Below are positions 1 to 12,129 of a stretch of DNA of 64,000 nt, piece by piece. Below the pieces are notes generated by a model that saw only the letters and a list, made by a program, of their open reading frames with translations, searched no databases and was not told the origin of the DNA. The translations under genes and the position numbers were made by a program. This DNA comes from Octopus sinensis (taxonomy: Eukaryota): NCBI RefSeq assembly GCF_006345805.1, contig NC_043015.1, positions 27,280,001 to 27,344,000 on the forward strand, written 5' to 3'. How positions within the stretch are numbered: position 1 is the stretch's first letter; every line of letters begins with the position of its first letter.

Positions 1-304
1 GAAAGACGCTAAATTGAGAATCGCAATTTCGTGGCTGCAGTTTTTCAAAACTTACTTCACAAATCAGTAAAGATGTGGTGGAAGATTTGATTGTAAGTCA
101 TGAGACCAAACTGCAGCGAAGTCCTGCTCGGTGATTCGTTGCAATTGTGTTGCTGTTGTTGCTGTTGTTGTTTTTGTTTTTATCTTTGTTGTCGTTGATG
201 ATGATGATGATGATGATAATGATAATCATCATCATCATCATCATATAGTTTTCATTCCTAAGATTATCATTCGCACACATTTTTCAGAGTACTGCACCAA
301 AGTA

Positions 305-330
305 CTCACACATATACATATATCTACACA

Positions 331-416
<86 letters not shown>

Positions 417-431
417 ATATATATATATATA
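305..431. repeat. (CA)n/(TA)n microsatellite
   Basis: Direct dinucleotide runs, preceded by (GTT)/(GAT)/(CAT) runs at ~150-245. Confidence 0.95.
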
Positions 432-779
432 CTGCTAATAACCAAATAGATTTCCTGAAAAACCAAAATCTCTGGTACATGTTATGGCGGTATTAACAGT
501 AGAGTCGTATTATTTATTATATCTGAAGTAGCTTAAACTGGGCCTGAAAAAAACCGATGGGGGTTGAACGGAAGAATCTCGAACATCCCCCTTCTCCACC
601 CCTACTCCCCCCACACACCTCAGTGTATGCATTCAATATTTCATCAATGTTAATACCTCCTACCACCAGCAAATTCCTATTTGCGTAGAGGAAAAAAACA
701 GGAATTATGTAGTAACTGTCAAATAAAAATGGTTTTGTGATAGCTTTTAAGCCACATACAGTGGCACGCACACACACAA

Positions 780-810
<31 letters not shown>

Positions 811-1002
811 CACTAAATTATTGTCACACATACAAAATTAGGTCCACGCATCTAGAATTAGACACAGTAAAGAAAATATATAACTTCAAGCATGAATATA
901 TGAATGGATTTCCGGCGGTTTCGACAATGATTATTCATGCAAACACACTATATATAGTGTCACATACATATGACCACACACACACACACAAACATGCATA
1001 TG

Positions 1003-1092
<90 letters not shown>

Positions 1093-1332
1093 ATACACTC
1101 ACGCGCAAACACACTCGCATATACATGCACACAGACCTACACGCATACACACGGACACAGATATATTCAAGTAGACACACAAAAGCACATTTGAGCATAG
1201 CAACCTGTTGTTATTGATTTATTTACATGTTGAGATAATAGAATTGATATAACATAGCAGGAGATGTGTGTGTGCAGGGGTGTGCCTGTGTGTGTGCAGG
1301 GGTGTGCCTGTGTGTGTGTGTGCAGGGGTGTG

Positions 1333-1381
<49 letters not shown>

Positions 1382-1561
1382 CATGAAATGCTAAACTAAA
1401 CTGGTATCAACGTTTAAGCATTTACTCAGATATTTAGTTCTCTTTTACTCGTAGTTTAACCATGGAGATAATGATATATAGGACGCCATGATAGATCGTA
1501 GCTCCTACACGCATTTTTTTTCTCTCCTTGTTTCTCTCCTTGTTTTTTCTGCAGATACGGT

Positions 1562-2858
1562 GTTTACGTCCATTATCGAACCTTTGGCAGCATATTTAAT
1601 ATCAGGCGCCTTGCTGCAAAAACAAAGGTATTTACCTCTATCATAAGAGACCTTTTGTATGCAGATGATTGTGAGCTAGTAGCACACACAGAGATTGAAT
1701 GCATTCTCTGATGCTTGTACTGCCTTAAGATTGATAGTCAATCTCAGGAAAACTGTTGTCATGCATCAACCTGCCCCTGGTAAGCAGTATAGTGTACCAA
1801 ATATCTATGTGTATGGTAAACGACTTGATGTAGTTGATCAGTTTGTCTACCTGGGAAGCACTATTAATAGATATGGCAATTTGGATGATGAAATTCCATA
1901 TAGAATTAGGAAAGCAAGTGTTGCTTTCGGAAGGCTAGAAAAGCGCCTCTGGAGTCGGCGTGACATATGCAGAAAGACAAAGATAAAGGTGTACAAGGCA
2001 TGTGTGCCCCTTCTCTTCTCTATGCCTGCGAGATATGGGTCACCTATCGATACCACCTTAAACAACTGGAACGTTTCCATCAGATGTGTCTCAGACGGAT
2101 CTATGGCATTAAGTGGAAGGACCGCATCAGTGATCTTGAAATATTGGAAGGCTCTCGGTGTGAAAGTATAGAAGCTCTTGTGTTAAAGCAAAGGCTCAGA
2201 TGGAGTGGTTATCTGGTCAGGATGAAGGATTCAAGGATGCCAAAACAACTCTCTTATGGAGAGTTAGCTAAAGGAGAACGACCTCCACATAAACCAAAAA
2301 ATAGGTATAAGGACTTGCTGAAGGCTTCCTTAAGAGATGCTTGCATCTCTCATGATACCTGGGAAGGCATAGCTATTGATCGTAGCAGGTGGAGAAGGAT
2401 TGTGCACGAGGGGACAGCCACTTTTGAGAAATCTCGAGTTGCACATGAGAAAGTAAGGAGGGATGTCAGGAAGGGCATCGCTGTTACACTTCCAGATGGG
2501 AAGGGTCTGTGCAAGACCCTGCCTCAGTAAAGCTGGACTCAAGAGTCATCTTCGTTGTCATAAAGCGAGACAGATGAGTGACAACCTGGCCACTGGTGGT
2601 GGTGAACACATCATACTAATCATATCTGTCGGGCATGTGGAAGAGAGTGTAATTCAGCAGGAGGACTTAAACGACATGCAAAGGTACATGAAGCCCAGTT
2701 ACAATTACAGCCGGCTATAACCGGTAAAGGTTTTAGTTGCCAATTCTGTACAAGACATTGTAGATCTTTGACTGGGCTAAAATGTCACATTCGATCACAG
2801 CACCAGTAACAGTTAAGCCTCGTGCAATGGCCATACTCGACAACGAGGGGGCAGCCAT
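1562..2858 (+). mobile_element. 5'-truncated RTE-clade (BovB-like) LINE; decayed RT C-terminal half plus C2H2 fingers
   Basis: RDLLYADDCELVAH with YADD at 1658-1669, then frameshifted YLGS, RIRKASVAFGRL, LLYACEIW, QLERFHQMCLRRI, RLRWSGYLVRM..RMPKQL. C2H2 fingers follow at ~2510-2560, 2627-2689 and 2738-2803; stop at 2807-2809. Confidence 0.9.
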
Positions 2859-3655
2859 AATATGTATGTATATGTATGTATGTATATATATAACGGGAAG
2901 CTTTATGAAAATAGACAAAAGACGAAGGCAGGTTTACGGAAATAAACAAAAGAGGAGACACTGGGTTCACGAGTTCTATTTTTCAACCCTAAGATCCAAA
3001 TTTTGAACAAAGTGTAAAAATTTCTGCTAACATAACAAATGCTTCTGCGTGTTACTGAGAAATTTATAGCGTGCGAGAAAAATCTTCTTCGCGATCACGT
3101 CTACAAGTGATGATTTGCAAGTCTAGTGCGAGTAAAAGTGATTCAGAAAACGATAATAATAATAATATTCCCTTACGGGACTGTCACACTGAGTTGACGG
3201 TATATGACCACTATAATAATAATATTAGAAATATTAAATTTCTAAATATCTCATAGAGATATGTACGTTGATGGACCGATAGAATGGTTGTATACTGTCA
3301 ACTTAACGTGACAGTCCCAGGGCTAAACAGCGGTGTGTAATTCCCTTACAGGACTGTCACGTTAAATAATAATATTCTTTATTATAAATTATCTTGAGAT
3401 GCTTTTTATTTACATAATACATTCTCTACATTCTACTGTTGTTTTAATGCCATTTTTTTACGATTATTATATATGTTATTGGTAAAATATTTTTCTGGGA
3501 ATGAATTATGATTTATAACATTACTATAATGGAAAATTATTGCTCTACTATACGGATTTTCACTTAACATGCAGTCTCCGGAAACAAATTAACTCGTATA
3601 TCGAGACATTACTGTGTCAAAAATATATGTATCAAAAATGGGGAAGACTGGTTTA

Positions 3656-3718
3656 TGGGATTACCTTAGGTTTCCCGTCCATAGAGGGTTTAGCTTTATT
3701 ACATATCATCAGATCCCA
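3656..3718 (-). ncRNA. Type I hammerhead ribozyme motif (left pLTR copy)
   Basis: Minus strand: TGGGAT-CTGATGA-[imperfect stem II]-GAAAC-CTAAG-GTA^ATCCCA. Confidence 0.7.
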
Positions 3719-4037
3719 AAAACCTGTTGGCCCATGACCTCTCTAAAATATTTAGGAGAAAATGCCTCATAGATGAATGTGCAAATTATGCATAACTGAA
3801 CGCGCGAGAATCTTAAAAATTCACTCAAACCAGGGAACATCCTAAACTCCAAAACAGAGATTTTCGGACCATGTTTACATTTCAGGAGGTTCCTGCTAGC
3901 TTTTTGGAGCCCACAAGATAGCAGCACAGCCGGATGTCGATTGCCAATAGCAAAGAGAGACAATCCACAATTGTTACCTTTAAGTAGTGAGGCATTTCCC
4001 CTAAATATTTTAAAGAGGTCATGGACCAACAGGTTTT

Positions 4038-4100
4038 TGGGATCTGACGATACGTCATAAAGCTAAACCCTTTATAGATGGGAAACCTTAGGTAATCCCA
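4038..4100 (+). ncRNA. Type I hammerhead ribozyme motif (right pLTR copy)
   Basis: TGGGAT-CTGACGA-tacgtcATAAAG ctaaacc CTTTATagatgg-GAAAC-CTTAG-GTA^ATCCCA. Stem I is 6 bp; predicted cut at 4094/4095. Confidence 0.75.
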
Positions 4101-4390
4101 TAAACCGGTCTTCCCCATTTTAAAATATGCTGCTCTGCATCTTAGAGTGTACTTCTTTCGGATTTATATTTTTTACAAATGATCCTATACACACGCATAC
4201 ACAAACACACACACACACACACACACACCACACACACACACACACACACACTTCAGCAGTGTAACTAAATGTGTGCCGTTGGCCTTTGGAATATCATCCT
4301 CACTGTTCTATATTTAAGAGATGCTGAATTATGTGCATTATTTACACTATTTACATTCGACGGATATTTGTCCTCGTCTTGTTTGTTGTT

Positions 4391-4427
4391 AACACAACGT
4401 TTCAGCTGATATACCAGCCTTCTTCAG
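4391..4427 (-). ncRNA. Truncated hammerhead motif (stem I partner lost)
   Basis: Minus strand: CTGAAGA-A-GGCTG gtatat CAGCT-GAAAC-GTT^GTGTT. The upstream sequence is mariner-derived and does not pair with GTGTT. Confidence 0.55.
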
Positions 4428-4429
4428 CC

Positions 4430-4974
4430 AAGACACTCTGCATGCAATTAGACTTGGAAAGTTTGTGAGGAACCCATTGACCCAATTTGCTGCCTTTTCT
4501 GATGGCATGCAGATGTCGATGAATAGTTGAATGACCAAATCCAAGCTTCTCTGCTAGTTCCTCAACAGTTACGATTGGATTTTGTTCCACCAGAGTTTGC
4601 AGGACATCCTTGTCAAGCTCTATGGATCTTCCAGGACAAAGTTTGTCTTCTAGGCTGTAGTTTCCGGCTCAGAATTTCTGGAACCTATCCCCATATACTG
4701 CATTAATATTCCTCACACTTTCCATTGCGTTGTTGCCTTTATTGAACTCATAAAGCAAAATATGCCAAATATGCTCCTTTGTCACTTCCATTGTAGCTTT
4801 GAAAAAATAACTGTTAAAATTGAACTGCACTCTTCAAAACTTGCACTAAGAATAAGGGCATGGTAAGATTAATACCTGCTTTTATAGTAAGTTGATACAC
4901 GTAGTTTATCCCATCACCCTCTGACTTTTAGTTCATGCAATTGAAAAAGACACATTATTCATGGTATGACCCAA
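4430..4974 (-). mobile_element. Tc1/mariner transposon 5' fragment (ITR-like end plus HTH region)
   Basis: ATG at 4791: MEVTKEHIWHILLYEFNKG...EQNPIVTVEELAEKLGFGHSTIHRHL...WVPHKLS (mariner WVPHEL motif), with a stop and a deletion. The ITR-like end abuts TA at 4975-4976. Confidence 0.85.
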
Positions 4975-4998
4975 TATATATATGTGTGTGTGTGTGTG

Positions 4999-5040
<42 letters not shown>

Positions 5041-5460
5041 TCATCATCATCATCGTTTAACGTCCGCTTTCCATGCTGACATGTGTTGGACGGTTTGACT
5101 GAGGACTGGTGAGCCAGAGGCTGCACCAGGCTCAATCTGATCTGGCAAAGTTTCTACAGCTGGATGCCCTTCCAAATGCCAACCACTCCAAGAGTGTAGT
5201 GGGTGGTTTTACGTGCCACCGGCACGACGACCAGTCAGGTGGTTCTGGCAACGACCATGCTCAAAGGTGTTTTTACATGCTACCTGCACGGGAGTCCGGT
5301 GGCACTAGGAATGACCACGCTTGAATGTTGTTATTCATATGCTACCAGCACATGTGCCGGTAAGATGACGCTGGCAACGATCACACTCGAATGGTGCTTT
5401 TCACGTGTCACCAGCACGGGAGCCAATCCGTGGCCCTGGCAACGATCATGCTCGGATGTG
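5041..5460 (-). mobile_element. RTE LINE 3' UTR fragment with (GAT)n tail
   Basis: catcatcgtttaacgtccgctttcc...ctggatgcccttcc matches the 3' end of the RTE copy at 53803. Confidence 0.8.
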
Positions 5461-5704
5461 CTATATATATATATATATATATATATATAAGAAAAAAAGC
5501 TAGTTTTAAAATTCTGAGCGAAAGATATGCAATAACAGTACCGAATAGTAAAGTTTATTTGCCAACAAAATGTGACAGCCCTATAAAATGATGCTCCAGG
5601 AAAACGTCTTTACCAGCTGGTTATCGACAAACAGTTTGTATCTGTATAGTATGATCAGGCAGTTGGGGGGGGGGGCATCGCTGCCATCTTTAGCCTTCGT
5701 GATA

Positions 5705-5749
5705 CTCACAGACCTAGGTTTCTGGATTGTTTCCTGTCCTCGGTGCAAG
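5705..5749 (-). ncRNA. Minimal hammerhead-like motif, CCGAGGA core variant
   Basis: Minus strand: CTTGCA-CCGAGGA-caGGAaacaaTCCa-GAAAC-CTAG-GTC^TGTGAG. Stem I is 6 bp with two G-U pairs. Confidence 0.6.
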
Positions 5750-6059
5750 ACAACCACAGGCTAGTGATAGGGACTCACTCAACTTGCTTATACTATATAC
5801 TTTATACTTTTTAAGCGACACACAGTTACTGATCCCGTAAAGAGAAAAACAGCTAGTTTTAAATCTCAGAGAGCGAGATATGTAGTAACAGTACCGAATA
5901 GTAAAGTTGATCTGTCAACAGAGTGTGGCCGTCCTATACAAGGATGTTACTATTGTTTAGCCCCTGTATTTCTCTTTATGAGATCAGCAACTGTGTGTCA
6001 CTTAAAAAGTATATAGTATAAGCAAGTTGAGTGAGTCCCCATCACTAACCTCTAATTGT

Positions 6060-6104
6060 CTCGCACCGAGGATAGGAAACAACTCAGAAACCTAGGTCTA
6101 TGAG
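6060..6104 (+). ncRNA. Minimal hammerhead-like motif, CCGAGGA core variant (second copy, weaker stems)
   Basis: CTCGCA-CCGAGGA-taggaaacaactca-GAAAC-CTAG-GTC^TATGAG. Confidence 0.5.
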
Positions 6105-6510
6105 TATCATGAAGGCTAAAGATGGCAGCGATGACCCCCCCCCCCCAACTGCCTGCTCATACTATATGGACACAAACTGTGTCGATAACCAGCTAGAAAA
6201 TATGTTTTCCTGGAGCTAAACAACAGTAACATTGTCCTTGTATAGGACTGCCGCATTTTGTTGACAAATAAACTTTATTATGCATATATATTGCTTGGAA
6301 TGTTCTGTTTGTTTTTCTTTTTGTTGGTACAGGCCAGTCATTGATGCTGGTGGCTGGGTGGCCATAGCTAGTCAATCGTTCTGGTTGGTTGCCCATGGTT
6401 GGTCAATTATCAATGATTTTTGGTATCAATTGTCTTTCATATGATCCTTACTTCTCCCTCACTACCACTTCTTTCGAAGGACTGAAGGTTTCAAGGAGTG
6501 GCTCTTATTA

Positions 6511-6633
<123 letters not shown>

Positions 6634-8074
6634 ATTGTTTAATAGATAATGTATTTCTAATCAATTACATTTAGATCAAGAGTTTTCAATAAAATAAAAC
6701 CAAACCAATTTTCAAGAGAGTAGGGTACAAAATGGGAAGCGTGGGGTTGCTCTTTCTACCTGCACCAAAAGAAAACGTTTTGTTTGGTAAGTTTTTTTAT
6801 ATAACTGATTGAGAGCAATATGTAGACAAGTGACTCTCAAACATTGACGAGGAAGACATCTTTTAAATATATAATACAAGGCTTTAGAAATATCTATATT
6901 AACATATACTTAAACCCTTCGCTCCCTTCGGAGAGTAATCTATTGATATTTTTTCTCCATTGTCCTCGACTTCAGGCTGTCCTCTTTTCTGCTTCTTTCA
7001 CTTAGATCCGTGTCTTTTCAGCTCTATCTTAGTTTCCCACCTCTTAAAGGGAAGGCCTTTCTCTCCAAAGTCGTGCTGGTTTACAATTGTCATTGGTACT
7101 TCTGTAACCTTGCTTTTTCCTAGATAGGGGTGTTGGCCTAAAGCAAATCCATTTTCAATTTTGGGAAGAGGTAGTTCATGTTATTCTGGCTTCTGTCCAT
7201 CATGGAAGGCCCTATAAGGAGCTTGTGATCCACTGTCATAAGCTCTCAGGGTAAATGGAGCTCACAAGCTACAACACCGCAACAGGAATTGGACCTTGTG
7301 GTGGACGCCAATGCATGGCTGTGTTGGAAAACTTCTGGCTTATAATTTTGCTGTAAATAAGTGGCAACACTCAACCCCATATTACATGTTATACATGTTA
7401 TGTTTATGAGACATTAGGGAGCCCCGTGTTATACATGCTATACATAATGGGCAACAGTGAGCTCCATGGGGTGGGAAAACTCCTTCTCTTCACATTTCCC
7501 TCGTCATTTGTTGAAATAATGCATTCGCAATTTCTTTTTGCCGACACGAAATATTTGCATGATTCACTGTTACGTATTTATTAACAGATTTCAAAATTTT
7601 AAAGAAAAATGAGAAAAGTGAAATTACTAGAGGACAAAAATTGTAATTTGATTAATAAAATAAAACGAAGCAAAAAATCGGTTTTATATATATATTTATA
7701 TATACACACACACGCACTTACACATACACGTATGTATAATATGTATGCATAAGTATGTATGTAGACACAGACAAATAGATTAAAAAATTTTACTCAAAGC
7801 AGTTTTTTTTACTCTCCCATAACGAAGAGTGCTATTAGTTTTTATTATTTGATCTCGGTCATGAAGTTATAAAAGTGAGAACCACTAATCAAAACACAGG
7901 CGCACAAGTGTCTAGGGACACATTCACACTTTTTCTTTCATCTTTTTGGGGTCATGGAAGAAGTACCAGTTGAACACTGGAGGTGATGTAATAGACAAGC
8001 CCCCTACCCCACAATTTCAGGCCTTGTGCCTATAATAGGAATGATAATTATTATCCTCCTCCTCATCGTCGTCG

Positions 8075-8290
8075 TCAAGGCAGCAAGCTGGCAGAATCGT
8101 TAACTCAGGCAAGATGCTTAGCACTGTTTCATCCATATTTACGTACTGAGTTCAAACTCCACTGAGGTCAACTTTGCCTTTAATCCTTTTGAAGTCGATA
8201 AAATAGGAACCAGTTGAGAACTGGGGGTCAATGTAATCGATTTACCTGCTCCCCTGCAATTGCTGACCTTAGGCCAAAATTGAAAATCCA
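8075..8290 (+). mobile_element. SINE-like interspersed repeat
   Basis: The block ctgagttcaaa...gaggtcaactttgccttt...ataaaat...accagt recurs in degenerate form at ~16830-17110, 32980-33350, 36880-38110, 39235-39430 and 41390-41580. Confidence 0.7.
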
Positions 8291-9750
8291 ATATTATTAC
8301 ACCTGGGTGGTATTTGAACTCATAGAAAGAGTAATAAAGTCAATGATGGATGGAGTTAACCATAATGGAGAAAAAGTGAATCATAGGGAGACGTAAACAA
8401 GAAGTGTCTGCTATAGAGGCGACAGAGGCAAAGATGGTGTAGGGTAGAGGAACTGTCAGTTTAGAAGAACTGATTTAGCAGGAGGTAGGGACGGGTGAGA
8501 TGGGTTGTGTTGAGTAATAGTGGCCTAATATATTGTCTGGTGTTTTCTTTTGTTTTTGTTACATTATAATTTTTTTCTAACGTAGAACACAAGGCTAGAA
8601 AGTGAAGAAAGGGGTTGGGGTTATGGTTTAGTCAATAACATCAACCCCAGTATTTTACAGGTAGTTTTTATTTTATCAATCCGGACGTATAAAAGACAAT
8701 GTTAAAAGACAATTGGGGTAAGATGATTTGTACGACACTCGAATCCCAGTTCGACTTTGAAGAGGCAGACCTACAATCAAAAGGCAATCCAGTCACGACC
8801 ACCTCGTCTAAGGCAATATGATTTGATAATTGAGAACAAGGCTTTGAGCGGCTACAAGTTTTTAACCTGTCATGTGACTATGAGGGGTTCTGGCCCTTAG
8901 TTGATATTTAGCCCCAGGTAAGCTATGGTCCAGAAATTCTATGATCAATCAAAAGTGTTCCATCCATAGCCATCTCGTCTTTTAAATACATCCTTTTATT
9001 TATCTATTTATTCATTTTTATTCAATAAAATTCAACTGGCAGCAGTTTCAAACCACTGACCATTGATCATGTGACTTCCTCGTTCATCCCCTTCTCTCTC
9101 TCCCTCTCTCTCCCCTTCTCTCTTCCCCCTCTCTCTTTCCTTAGATCAGATTAAAAAAAACTATATTTCCGATTTTGAGCAAGTGTTAATGTATTCAGAG
9201 GAGCCACGTCGTAAATGGAGTGTTTTTCCTGTTCTTCTGCGTTAAAGAACTTTAATGAAATTACTAATGAGATTAGGGGTTCACATGTTGTTTTTATGTG
9301 TTTTGTTTTAATTTTGGTTTTTAGCAAAAATGATGAAATAAAATAAAACCCTCTTCGTCTCTTCTCACTGTTCCTACACAAATTTCATTATCATTTTTTT
9401 TTAATTAATTATTCGTCAACTGAAAAACCAGAAACGAGACTAAAAGCCTAAGAAATCAAGAAAAACATTAAAACAATTTTTTAAAATAAACATAAAAGCG
9501 GTTGTGACTAGTTTTGTGTGTGTGCTTTGTATGTACGTATGTGTACGTATGTGTGTTTTGTGTGTACGTATGTGTGTGTACATATTTTGTGTGTACGTAT
9601 GTGTATGTTTGTGCTGGTGGAAGTCTCTGTGTAAGCCGAGTTGCGTGGTGTATATGTGTATTTATGGGTGTACACACGTAATACATTAGTGTGTGCATGA
9701 TAATGTCAATATGTGTGCATTTGTGTGTGTGAGTATATTAGGTGTAGTCA

Positions 9751-9786
<36 letters not shown>

Positions 9787-10193
9787 ATGTTAATGTGGGT
9801 AAATGCATCATGGCTGAATGGTTGAGTAGTTCCTTTTGCAACCAAAAGGCCACGAGGTTGATCCTTCTGCGAGCTATCTTGGACATATGTCTTTTATTAT
9901 AGTCATGGGTCAGTCTAAAGTTTGTGATAGAAATTTGATAGACGGAAACTGTGTAGAAGCCTGTCAGATGGATTTTTACCTGCTATTCAAACATCCACCC
10001 TTGTTACACATGTTGTGTATGATGTAGATTTATGGAGTGTTGCACATGTCGATGGAATATTCAACCATTAACTCAACGATTCAGTAAGAACGGAGCTCGC
10101 TTGATGCAACGTCAGCAACACTCATTATCCAAATGACCGAGAACCATTTAATTGTGTATGTAGAAGCAGTTTGTGTGTGTGTGAGTGCGTGTG

Positions 10194-10233
<40 letters not shown>

Positions 10234-10329
10234 GTGTGCATTTAACGGGTGTATACGTGCGTAATGTGTACATAGTATGCGTGCAAAGACGTCCTAATAC
10301 TTCCGAACAAACTAATTCGCTGGAACCTC

Positions 10330-10690
10330 AGGTACGTATAAAGCTTTGGGCCACCGAGATCCATGATCATACTCTACACCACCCTGGCACCTGCTCACTG
10401 CACCAACGCCTTAAAACTAGACTGTGTATTGTGTTCTTGAGCAAGACACTTTATTTCTCATTGCTCCAGTTCACTCAACTGTGGAATGAGTTGCGACGTC
10501 ACTGGTACTAGGCTGTATCAGCCTCTACCTCTCCCTTGGATAACATCAGTGGTGCGGAGCGGGGAGCCTGATATGTATGGGTGACTGCTAGTCTTCCATA
10601 AACAACCTTGCCTGGATTTGTGCTTCGGGGTAGTTTTCTGGGGGCAGTCTCATAGTCATTCGTGACTAAAGAGGGTCTTTACCCTTTATA
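10330..10690 (+). mobile_element. SINE-like interspersed repeat fragment
   Basis: tgtgttcttgagcaagacactttatttc core and a SINE-like 3' region ending in a microsatellite; recognised by pattern only. Confidence 0.5.
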
Positions 10691-10904
10691 TACATATACT
10701 GTATGTGTGTGTATGTGTGTTAGGAAACTGAAAGTTATGGTCGGTCATTGGGTAACCATTGATTTTGCACCAGTGAAGCGCTTAGCAATATATACGACAC
10801 GTCAGACTCAAATGTCTGAAGGCCACTTGGGGCTGACAAGTGTGTGTGCATGTATATATATGTATATGAATATACACACACACATACATATACCTATATA
10901 TTAT

Positions 10905-11026
10905 ACATATATCCATACATACATACATACATACATATACATACATACATACATACATACATACATACATACATACATACATACATACATACATACATAC
11001 ATACATACATACATGCGTACATACAT
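10905..11026. repeat. (ATAC)n microsatellite
   Basis: Direct tetranucleotide run; the reverse type (TATG)n is at ~11995-12075. Confidence 0.95.
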
Positions 11027-11027
11027 G

Positions 11028-11460
11028 TAGGTTGTGCAAGACAAAGACTGAAGACATCAACCACATTATTGTCAACTTGCAGATATTATCTTCCCATGAG
11101 GCATGATATAGTGGCCAAAACTGTCTGAAAAATGATAAGAAAAAAGAGGATACCTATAAAAGAATACTGGTGGAAATTGAAAATTAAAACAACCACCAAG
11201 TTAAAACACAACTGCCCAGATATCGTTGTGGCGGAACCACAAAGAAAAGATATGTTCTTCAGTTTTGGAAATCGGATGCCCCACTGTGGTTAGGAAAAGA
11301 CTAAAGGAAGAGGACATATATGGACCATTGATAAGGAATTTGCTAATCCAGAACCCAAGATACACTTTCAGTTTCATACCCATTATCATTGGAGCAACAG
11401 GATACCAACCCGTTTGGAGCAAAGTATGGCTGAACTTGAAATATTAGGGAGAGAATGCAA
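11028..11460 (+). mobile_element. 3' fragment of a restriction-like-endonuclease (RLE) non-LTR retrotransposon (R4/NeSL-like)
   Basis: LCKTKTEDINHII (zinc knuckle remnant), RYYLPMRHDIVAK, HNCPDIVV, LEIGCP, KEDIYGPL, PIIIGATGY across frameshifts. Confidence 0.8.
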
Positions 11461-11849
11461 ATCCTTCATAAGTTAAAATGATCCTGATATCTGGGACTAT
11501 AAAAATCAAGAAGACCTTCGTGAGATTTAAAGGATGACGGTTAAATCATGATACATTCTTTCACAACCTTGCTACTAAGTCGGTGGCTGGTCAAAATTTA
11601 CTCTAAATTAGAGACACTCACACAAATGTATAAATGCAACAGCACGTTCAGACTTGTAAACAATCCATTTGCTGTGTTTTGTCATGGAGAAAATATCTCG
11701 CTGTAGACAAATGGTGTAAATACACCTAAATCAGTTTGCAGCACTTCCTATCCAGACTGAGAGATGCAAGCATTTCGGAGTGGTTATCTCCTGCTCAGTT
11801 ACAGAAACCAGATGGTAGTGTAGCTAGCTGATGAAAGAGACAGTCTACA

Positions 11850-11886
<37 letters not shown>

Positions 11887-11964
11887 ACATACACACACAC
11901 ACATCTATGCAAAGAGAGATGGGGGGGAGGTACATGAATATACATAAATGTACATATATATATA

Positions 11965-12025
<61 letters not shown>

Positions 12026-12129
12026 TGTATGTATGTATGTATGTATGTATGTATGTATGCATGTATGTATGTATGTTTACATTGGCATTAACTCATCTTC
12101 AAGTAGTTAATTTGTATCCAGTGATTGAG

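Larger units (their letters stand above)
3633..4122 (+). mobile_element. Heavily 5'-truncated Penelope-like element flanked by inverted ~135-bp pseudo-LTRs
   Basis: 3633-3769 is the reverse complement of 3988-4122. The spacer reads CKLCITERARILK, then after a frameshift NILNSKTEIFGPCLHFRRFL, matching the PLE GIY-YIG C-terminal CxLC...LNxxxE...CxH pattern. Confidence 0.8.
5497..6280. mobile_element. Foldback of pLTR-like units (partial tandem on the left, inverted copy on the right)
   Basis: ~250-bp inverted arms at 5593-5847 and 5969-6216. Sub-block 5497-5590 recurs directly at 5851-5963 and inverted at 6217-6280. Confidence 0.75.

Noticed and set aside
1-135. Possible exon with a gtaagt donor near 93-98
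   Set aside because: Frames are short or stopped, the sequence is cut by the window edge, and no protein is recognisable.
11805-11845. GAAAC..GTA..CTGATGA arrangement resembling a type II hammerhead
   Set aside because: Stem I and stem II cannot form; likely chance.
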